Origin: Trichodesmium erythraeum IMS101
GTDB taxonomy: Bacteria; Cyanobacteriota; Cyanobacteriia; Cyanobacteriales; Microcoleaceae
Length of the DNA: 32,000 bases
Assembly (NCBI RefSeq): GCF_000014265.1
Contig: NC_008312.1
Location: forward strand, 7,560,001 to 7,592,000
Reading direction: 5' to 3'
The position numbers and the translations under genes were made by a program. This document shows positions 1 through 7,766 of the stretch, piece after piece. Under the pieces are notes generated by a model, which made no database searches, was not told where the DNA came from, and was given only the letters and a program-made list of their open reading frames with translations. Every line of letters begins with the position of its first letter. Within the stretch, counting starts at the first letter, position 1.

Positions 1-3000
1 TTGAAGATAAGATTTGCATAATTCCTCTAATTTTAACTTCTTACTTACATCCTGTAAAAATTCAGGCATCTGTTGTTGCCATTCTTCCCGGGATGAGAGG
101 TAAGACCCAAACCATTTTTCCCAAATCCAGTTTTGCAGTTCTTTAAGCCCCAACCCTTCGTAAGTATGAACTTTTACCCCATCTTGTCGCAATACAAATA
201 AATAGGTATCGTCGGTGATAGTATAAAAACTCAATATCGCTGTGGTGGGCTCCTGGATCAATGCTTGAATTTTTGGAAATTCCAGTGGGGCAACTTGAAT
301 TCCCTCTGCTAATACCCGGTCGAAGCTGCGGATTTTTTTATAAACTTCCTGCTTTTTGGCTTCTAATTCCCCAATGCGTTTGTTTCTGGCTTCTGTCGCA
401 GCTCGCCCCCTAGTTGCTACAGCTAAATCTTTCGACTCTATTTGACTGCCCTTTTGTTGTTGTTCCCAAAGTTGATTAATTTGCTGTTGAATAGCTTCGT
501 GTTCTTTTAACCGTTCTTCAACTTCTCCTGGCATTTCACCTTGGGAGTAGCGATCGTTACTTGCCATTATGTCTACTAACCGTTTGGAGCGAGAACGCTC
601 TACATATTCTAAGGCTTTTTCTATTTGATCGCTATTCACGTAAGCTTGTACTATCTTGCGGTAGACACCTATAGACTCTTCGATGATTTCTTGGCGACGG
701 TCGTCATCTTTTGACCAACTGCGGCTGAGTTCCACTGCGGTTATGGCTTTTTTATAGTTGTCGGCGGCGAGTTGCCAGTTTTGGTTGTCGAAATATAGGT
801 TGCCTAGGTTGTTGGTGGTTTGGAGGTGGTTGATGGGGTCTGCTTCTAGGGTGCGCACCAGCAAAGCTTGTTCGTATGCAGCAATGGCGGCTTCAATATT
901 TTCGGCTTTGTCTCCCCTTATTCTGTAAATGTAGGCAAGGCCGAGATTATTTTGAGTTTGTGCCCATTCCATGGGGAAGTCAGTTTGGGTGCGCACCAGC
1001 AAAGCTTGTTGGTATGCAGCAATGGCAGCTTCAATATTTTCGGCTTTGTCTCCCCTTATTCTGTCACTGTAGGCAATGCCGAGATTATTTTGAGTTTGTG
1101 CCCAGTCGATGGGGAAGTCAGTTTGGGTGCGCACCTGCAAAGCTTGTTCGTATGCAGCAATGGCGGCTTCAATATTTGCAGCAATGGCGGCTTCAATATT
1201 TTCGGCTTTGTCTCCCCTTATTCTGTCACTGTAGGCAAGGCCGAGATTATTTTGAGCTGCTGCCCAGTTGATGGGGAAGTCAGTTTGGGTGTACACCAGC
1301 AAAGCTTGTTGGAATGCAGCAATGGCAGCTTTAATATTTTGGGCTTTGTCTCCCCTTATTCTGTCACTGTAGGCATTGCCGAGATTATTTTGAGTCATTG
1401 CCCATTCCATGGGGAAGTCAGTTTGGGTGCGCACCAGCAAAGCTTGTTGGTATGCAGCAATGGCAGCTTCAATATTTTCGGCTTTGTCTCCCCTTATTCT
1501 GTCACTGTAGGCAATGCCGAGATTATTTTGAGTTCTTGCCCAGTTGATGGGGAAGTCAGTTTGGGTGTACACCAGCAAAGCTTGTTGGTATGCAGCAATG
1601 GCAGCTTCAATATTTTCGGCTTTGTCTCCCCTTATTCTGTCTCTGTAGGCAATGCCGAGATTATTTTGAGTATTTGCCCAGTCCATGGGGAAGTCAGTTT
1701 GGGTGCGCACCAGCAAAGCTTGTTGGAATGCAGCAATGGCAGCTTCAATATTTTCGGCTTGGTCTCCCTTTATTCTGTTACCGTAGGCAGAGCCGAGATT
1801 ATTTTGAGTATTTGCCCAGTCCATGGGGAAGTCAGTTTGGGTGCGCACCAGCAAAGCTTGTTGGCATGCAGCAATGGCGGCTTCAATATTTTCGGCTTTG
1901 TCTCCCCTTATTCTGTTTCTGTAGGCAGCGCCGAGATTATTTTGAGTCATTGCCCAGTCCATGGGGAAGTCAGTTTGGGTGTACACCAGCAAAGCTTGTT
2001 GGTATGCAGCAATGGCGGCTTCAATATTTTCGGCTTTGTCTCCCCTTATTCTGTCACTGTAGGCAATGCCGAGATTATTTTGAGTCATTGCCCAGTTGAT
2101 GGGGAAGTCAGTTTGGGTGTACACCAGCAAAGCTTGTTGGAATGCAGCAATGGCGGCTTCAATATTTTCGGCTTTGTCTCCCCTTATTCTGTCTCTGTAG
2201 GCAGCGCCGAGATTATTTTGAGTCATTGCCCAGTCCATGGGGAAGTCAGTTTGGGTGTACACCAGCAAAGCTTGTTGGCATGCAGCAATGGCAGCTTCAA
2301 TATTTTCGGCTTTTTCTCCCCTTATTCTGTCACTGTAGGCAGCGCCGAGATTATTTTGAGTCATTGCCCAGTCGATGGGGAAGTCAGTTTGGGTGAACAC
2401 CAGCAAAGCTTGTTGGTATGCAGCAATGGCGGCTTCAATATTTTCGGCTTTGTCTCCCCTTATTCTGTAAAAGTAGGCACCGCCGAGATTATTTTGAGTC
2501 ATTGCCCAGTCGATGGGGAAGTCAGTTTGGGTGTACACCAGCAAAGCTTGTTGGCATGCAGCAATGGCGGCTTCAATATTTTCGGCTTTGTCTCCCCTTA
2601 TTCTGTTTCTGTAGGCAGCGCCGAGATTATTTTGAGTCATTGCCCAGTCCATGGGGAAGTCAGTTTGGGTGTACACCAGCAAAGCTTGTTGGTATGCAGC
2701 AATGGCGGCTTCAATATTTTCGGCTTTGTCTCCCCTTATTCTGTAAAAGTAGGCACCGCCGAGATTATTTTGAGTCATTGCCCAGTTGATGGGGAAGTCA
2801 GTTTGGGTGTACACCAGCAAAGCTTGTTGGAATGCAGCAATGGCGGCTTCAATATTTTCGGCTTTGTCTCCCCTTATTCTGTTTCTGTAGGCAATGCCGA
2901 GATTATTTTGAGTTCCTGCCCAGTCCATGGGGAAGTCTGTTTGGGTGCGCACCAGCAAAGCTTGTTGGTATGCAGCAATGGCAGCTTCAATATTTTCCGC

Positions 3001-3648
3001 TTTGTCTCCCCTTATTCTGTCTCTGTAGGCAGCGCCGAGATTATTTTGAATAGTTGCCCAATTTTCCCGGTGACTCTTATGTGTAAAAACCTTTAGCACT
3101 ACTTCATAACCTGCAATGCTAATTTCCATGTTGTTTGCTTGGCTGCCCAGAGGAAATTGCTGAATGAGGTTACTTAACTCACCAACACACATAGCAATGT
3201 ATTCTGCTACACCCGCCTCCGCTTCAGAAAATTTAGCAGTTGCCCAGTTTCGCAATATATCAGCAAAGTTATCATCAAGTTTATCTAAGTTTTGCTGCAG
3301 GAATGGGTAGACAACCTTCGAGTCACCTTTGCTTTCTGCAGTTGCCTCCAATACCTCTTCTAAGAAATTAAAATATTCTGCCGATGAGTAATGAGTTGAG
3401 GGAGAATATTCTGAAATTTCTAGTAACTCTACAAGCTGACTCCTGAGATGACGTAAAAAATTAGCAGCGTTTTGAGCATTTTCGTCATCGTTTTCTGCCA
3501 GTTGTTGTGCGTAAAGTTCCATTATTTCCAGTAACCCTTCATCTACCAACTCTTGGTTGGCTTCGAGGATTTTTTCTACCTCACCGCTGGGGGAATTTAG
3601 CAGTTGGTTAATGAGGTTGACGTATGCTTCTATGCGTTTGTTGTCCAT
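1..3648 (-). CDS. Large TPR-repeat protein, truncated at its 3' end by the window edge; probably TPR-CHAT family (CHAT domain itself not in window)
   Basis: Absent from the ORF track because it runs off the left edge. My minus-strand translation from ATG 3648-3646 reads [54 protein letters not shown]... It continues into 16 tandem 46-aa units such as [46 protein letters not shown]. It then reads ...[31 protein letters not shown]...[16 protein letters not shown]...[30 protein letters not shown]... and stays open to base 1 (3648 = 3 x 1216). The final segment resembles the linker that precedes CHAT domains in cyanobacterial TPR-CHAT proteins. Confidence 0.8.
   Translation of the reverse strand, partial: [1216 protein letters not shown]
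851..3083 (-). repeat. 16 tandem 138-bp coding repeats (46-aa TPR-like units) inside the TPR gene
   Basis: The motif gtgcgcacc/gtgtacacc recurs at 851, 989, 1127, 1289, 1427 ... 2945. The period is exactly 138 bp apart from one unit lengthened by 24 bp. Several units are near-identical at nucleotide level (for example 2418-2555 versus 2694-2831). Confidence 0.95.
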
Positions 3649-3976
3649 TTTTAGTTATTAGTTAGTTGATATATTTTGTTGGATATTAGCCATTAGGTAT
3701 TAGGTATTAAGTTTTAAGCCTTTGTGCATTTAAACCACTAATTCTTGTATACCTCAGTTCAGATAAAAAAACCTTCTCAATTCTAAATTTTCATACTTAG
3801 CCACCGACATAAAAATTAGAGAATTTTATACCCATCTCCTTCTGTCCCATTTTGAAATAGCTTGGGGGTGTTGATGGCTTTCCCAGTAGTAGCCCTCAAG
3901 ACATTCCCCCTCGCAACAAAAACATTTTACAAAATAAACATTTGAGAGCAATAAAATCCAACTTTTAAAGTTTGAC

Positions 3977-4768
3977 TTATTCCCCCTCCCAAATTTTCAC
4001 CAACTTATTAATCAAATCTTCTGCCAAGTCACTCAACTTAACATCCCTATCCTGAACATCATCCTCCTTGAGATTTGCCATAAAATTACTAGCTAATTCT
4101 TCTTTCTCATCATCCAAATATGTCACAAACAAACTCTTAGTAGCAGCTCGCCACTCATAACTTTTTTTAGTCCGATATATCCACTCCAACTGAGCAATAA
4201 TATTAGTAAAATTATCCATCGCCAACCTATCTTTAACCCTAGAAAAAACCGGGTCAACCTCAGCAGAAAAAGCAGAATTAGCAGACTCTAAACGTTGTAA
4301 ACATTCAAACAAAACCTCTATATGTTCCAACTCATCAACCTCCAACTCTTCCGGCATTTCCTCCGGATCATCCATAGGCAAAAACCCCAATATTTCCCCA
4401 AATTGTAAACTCTGATCTAACCGAACCAAAATATAACCAATTCTATCCTCAAAAACCTCTAGGGGCAACTCTATTTTATCCTGTTCAGGTAATACAAAAC
4501 GACATTCCAACTTACCTCGATCAACAACAACCAAATCCGCCACATTCTGATAAAAACGGATTGCCGGATTCCAAAAATCAGAAGCCTCCAAATCAGTTTT
4601 AATATCCATCATTTTCAGGAAATTATCTACAGCATAAACCACCAAAGTATTCAGATAAACTTGAGTCTTTTTTTCCGAATTAGGTTGTTGAGCCGCAAAC
4701 TTTTGAGCAGAACTATGAGCCTCCATAGGGATAGGAATATTAATAGCATCATTATCTGTAATAGTCAT
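3977..4768 (-). CDS. DUF1822-family protein (cyanobacterial, function unknown)
   Basis: 263-aa ORF. N-terminal pattern ...AQKFAAQQPNSEKKTQVYLNTLVVYAVDNFLKMMDIKTDLEASDFWNP...GKLECRFVLPEQDKIELPLEV..DRIGYILVRL...ILGFLP matches my memory of DUF1822 proteins. Its ATG overlaps the upstream stop codon (TAATG). Confidence 0.7.
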   Translation of the reverse strand: MTITDNDAINIPIPMEAHSSAQKFAAQQPNSEKKTQVYLNTLVVYAVDNFLKMMDIKTDLEASDFWNPAIRFYQNVADLVVVDRGKLECRFVLPEQDKIELPLEVFEDRIGYILVRLDQSLQFGEILGFLPMDDPEEMPEELEVDELEHIEVLFECLQRLESANSAFSAEVDPVFSRVKDRLAMDNFTNIIAQLEWIYRTKKSYEWRAATKSLFVTYLDDEKEELASNFMANLKEDDVQDRDVKLSDLAEDLINKLVKIWEGE

Positions 4769-5499
4769 TATTTTTCTCCTGAAAGTTCTTGATAAATTTT
4801 CCGCAAAAGTGGTTTACACTTTCTGTTCCAATGAGCCGTCAAAGTTCCCAGAGGTACCTTTAATTCTTCCGCAATATCCTTCTGTATTTGGGGAGGATCC
4901 ATGAAGAAATTCCGTCGAGCAATTTCCCCACAAGTACATTGAGGATATTTTTTAGGATGACAACCCAACTTTTGAACTTCTGCTGATAGTTTATCCCCAA
5001 AATCTTGTTGACTTAAACTTTCCATCGGTTCCGGAAAATTACCAGCAATAACATCTTCTAAAGTAGGTATATTTAAATCATTATTCCCACCATAAATGGG
5101 TGCATCAAGAGAAGCTTCCCTCTGAGCTTTTTGCTTATATTCCTGATATAAATCAAGAATTCTGTATCTAAGACCCAAACCATAATTATTCTTTCTATAA
5201 TTAATCCATAATCTCAAACTATGTAAGAAATTTTTTCCCCTTTTTGGGTCAAACTCCTGACATATTCTTTGAGACAATTCTAACTGAATCTCTTGTAACA
5301 AATCTGGGTACTTTGGGTGTTGAGATGTAGCAAGTATTTTAGACTTTAAAATTCCGGTCCATAAAACATCAAAAGCTCTATGCCATTCCTGGCTTCCTGG
5401 AGTTTCCCCACAGAAATTAGCGATCGCTCCACAGAGTAAATCATTATCAGCCATTTCATTATAAACTTGAGTTAGAGAGACATATTTTGATATTACCAT
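4768..5499 (-). CDS. Sigma-70-like / HTH (region-4-like) protein, divergent
   Basis: 243-aa ORF with ATG start. The C-terminal segment CGEIARRNFFMDPPQIQKDIAEELKVPLGTLTAHWNRKCKPLLRKI looks like a sigma-70 region 4 helix-turn-helix. A 1-nt stop/start overlap links it to the DUF1822 gene. Family call is from pattern memory only. Confidence 0.6.
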   Translation of the reverse strand: MVISKYVSLTQVYNEMADNDLLCGAIANFCGETPGSQEWHRAFDVLWTGILKSKILATSQHPKYPDLLQEIQLELSQRICQEFDPKRGKNFLHSLRLWINYRKNNYGLGLRYRILDLYQEYKQKAQREASLDAPIYGGNNDLNIPTLEDVIAGNFPEPMESLSQQDFGDKLSAEVQKLGCHPKKYPQCTCGEIARRNFFMDPPQIQKDIAEELKVPLGTLTAHWNRKCKPLLRKIYQELSGEK

Positions 5500-5566
5500 T
5501 TAATTAATTCCAACTGTACCATAAAAAATCTTAATTTTTCCTAAAAATAGTCAGTATTCTTGAAGT

Positions 5567-5720
5567 ACAAAACCCCACAAAATAATCTCATTTATCAAAA
5601 AGTTTTCAACTTAAAAAACCAGTAATTAACCCACCCCCATCACCTCCCAAGAGAAGAGTAAAAATCATCAGTTAAGTTGATGCACAAAACCCCAGAAAAT
5701 AACATCATTTATCAAAAAGT
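5567..5720 (-). promoter_or_regulatory. Two 37-nt direct repeats upstream of the sigma-like gene
   Basis: acaaaaccccacaaaataatctcatttatcaaaaagt (5567-5603) and acaaaaccccagaaaataacatcatttatcaaaaagt (5684-5720). About 33/37 identical, 117 bp apart, in the 352-bp spacer between the 4-TM gene and the sigma-like gene. Confidence 0.4.
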
Positions 5721-5851
5721 ACCAGTTCCCAACATAGTCAAATAAATCCTTCCCAGAAAAGACACCCGCACTTGAGAAATTGCCCTATCAACCCTGAATT
5801 TTAGGCAGAAAAACCAAAACCAGAAAACAAAAAATAATACCAAAACCAACC

Positions 5852-6799
5852 TCAACTTGATGGTTTTCCAGATATAGACAACTGCTCATAATAAACATCA
5901 TCAAAATAAACATTAATAGGCACAAACGTAACCTTACTTGTAAAATTTTGATTATGGTAATTAACCGCCGCCTCATAATTTTTACAAGCATGAGTAAAAT
6001 GATATTTTTCCTGATAAAAAATCCTCTTGTATCTGCGCAACTTATATTGCCGACGTAAATAGTTAATTCTAAACCAAAAAAAAGCAAAAGCATTTTGATA
6101 GCGATCGTAACCATAAACCACACCAGCATCAGTCACATAAGCCAAAATTCCCATCGCCAACAACAAAATTATTTCATACAACTCAGGAGGCCACTCCTCC
6201 CCAGTATAGAGAGCAACAGAAGTACCAAGCAACATCGCCGGAGTTACCCAAACAATAGTATTAGCCAGCCTTTGCCAAAGTATAACTTCATCACGAGAAG
6301 AAGGAGACATTTGAGCCGAAAACAACTGAGAACAAACCCCCAACTCAAACAAAACAATAACAAAAGGCAACAATATAGCCGCAACAGTAACAGCAAAAGA
6401 CCCTGGAGGAAATGCCTGGGACGCCAAATATTCCACAGGTTGTTTAATTAAAACAAAATTGATCACCAAAACAGCAATAAAAAACGACAGCATAAAAAAA
6501 TAACCAAGAGTTGTCCTAATACCCTTCCTCAAAAACTCCGGATATTCTTGTTTCAACCGTGCCAACTCATTCTCAGTTTCTAACTTTCTTTCTCGAGTTT
6601 CCCCTGCCTTATAAAAATGCTTAAACCTCAACGACGCAAGCTGACGGATATGATCAAGCGATCGCCTCTCATCTATTTCCCTGTTAGGCCTTTCCCTCTC
6701 ATCCTCATCTTGTTGTTTCCACCCTGCTAACTTTTTATAGTAGTCTTCTTTTGCCGACTGAAAATTTTGACCTTCCTCACCCAAAGACGAATTATGCAT
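5852..6799 (-). CDS. Integral membrane protein: charged coiled-coil N-terminus, 4 predicted TM helices, aromatic/basic C-terminal tail
   Basis: The ORF track starts at TTG 6805. The first ATG is at 6799-6797, 2 nt after the vWA gene stop, with AAGGGAGA upstream. Hydrophobic stretches: GYFFMLSFFIAVLVINFVLI, FAVTVAAILLPFVIVLFELGV, IVWVTPAMLLGTSVALY, IILLLAMGILAYVTDAGVVYG. No family recognised. Confidence 0.65.
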   Translation of the reverse strand: MHNSSLGEEGQNFQSAKEDYYKKLAGWKQQDEDERERPNREIDERRSLDHIRQLASLRFKHFYKAGETRERKLETENELARLKQEYPEFLRKGIRTTLGYFFMLSFFIAVLVINFVLIKQPVEYLASQAFPPGSFAVTVAAILLPFVIVLFELGVCSQLFSAQMSPSSRDEVILWQRLANTIVWVTPAMLLGTSVALYTGEEWPPELYEIILLLAMGILAYVTDAGVVYGYDRYQNAFAFFWFRINYLRRQYKLRRYKRIFYQEKYHFTHACKNYEAAVNYHNQNFTSKVTFVPINVYFDDVYYEQLSISGKPSS

Positions 6800-6801
6800 A
6801 C

Positions 6802-7707
6802 TCAATTTTCTCCCTTATTCACCTGAGTAACCAAATACCGAAAAGCAGCAGGTACAGACTCAAAAGCCTTGTGCTCAATATTTTCAAATATCCCCTTACC
6901 TCCCGCGCCATTTACTAACAAAACCTCAGCATTACTCTTAAACTCCACAGGTTGAACGCCAACATTATCCAAACCATCAGTAATAAAAACAGCAAACTTT
7001 TGAGGTGTTTGTCTCCAAGTCAGATCACTTTCCCCTAAAAATAACTTAGCACGGTTAATTCCTCCTTGAATATCACTACTCCCACAATTAACAGGACGTG
7101 CTAAAATAGGTTTAACTTGAGTTGTGAGAAACTCATTAATTTTTTCCTCACTCTGACTGTGCCACTCTTGCACCGAATTATTATGATCAGCCAAAATTTG
7201 CAGATCATTTTGACGTAGAGTTTTATATTTAACTAACTCTTGTTTATACTGATCCTTTTCCTTCCTATATGTAAAAGCATTACCTTTATTTTTTGGTTCA
7301 ACAGGTGGAACTGGATGATGAAAAACCACTTTTTCCAACAAAGGTTGTTGTTCCACCCTAACCCTTTCTAGGGGGCGGTTACTGTCATCACAAAAATTTC
7401 CTACTGCTAGCTCCCCACCATTAATTTTTAATAGCCGCAAAGATGACTGAACATCTTGGGTTTTTGGTCCTTCGATGCGACTCCAGTCAGCACTAACCGT
7501 CTTATCTATTAGAATGACCACTTTAACCGGAGTTGACCGGGCTTGGTTTTGCAAAGCATTTTTGACTTCTGGTAAAGGTTCAGATATAATAGGAGATGTA
7601 GTCTTAATAGAAGTTTTGCCATCAACTTTTCCGGCACAGCTTGCTATGGATAAAATAGTTGATATAATAATCAGAATACCATATATTTTAAGAATAGTTA
7701 CAATCAT
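6802..7707 (-). CDS. Lipoprotein with von Willebrand factor A (vWA)-like fold
   Basis: Signal peptide with lipobox (ILSIAS|C). vWA-like strands VKVVILIDKTVS (DxTxS MIDAS-like) and FAVFITDGLDN. A coiled-coil insertion lies between them. Its stop is adjacent to or overlapping the start of the next gene. Confidence 0.6.
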   Translation of the reverse strand: MIVTILKIYGILIIISTILSIASCAGKVDGKTSIKTTSPIISEPLPEVKNALQNQARSTPVKVVILIDKTVSADWSRIEGPKTQDVQSSLRLLKINGGELAVGNFCDDSNRPLERVRVEQQPLLEKVVFHHPVPPVEPKNKGNAFTYRKEKDQYKQELVKYKTLRQNDLQILADHNNSVQEWHSQSEEKINEFLTTQVKPILARPVNCGSSDIQGGINRAKLFLGESDLTWRQTPQKFAVFITDGLDNVGVQPVEFKSNAEVLLVNGAGGKGIFENIEHKAFESVPAAFRYLVTQVNKGEN

Positions 7708-7766
7708 TGTTTTTTAGCTCAAAGTGTTGATCCTTAAGTTGATAAATTTGCCTGATGTCAAACCGT

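Noticed and set aside
868-3096. 742-aa plus-strand ORF and the nested ORFs 876-1271, 1590-2099, 2142-2396, 2418-2789 and 2832-3053
   Set aside because: They are antisense shadows of the minus-strand TPR repeats. Their products are Cys/Phe-rich periodic nonsense, whereas the minus strand gives canonical TPR sequence.
5788-6451. ORFs 5788-6129 (-) and 6095-6451 (+)
   Set aside because: They overlap the better-supported 4-TM protein gene in other frames or on the other strand. Their products are low-complexity sequence.
7475-7717. ORF 7475-7717 (+)
   Set aside because: It is antisense to the vWA lipoprotein gene and has no independent support.
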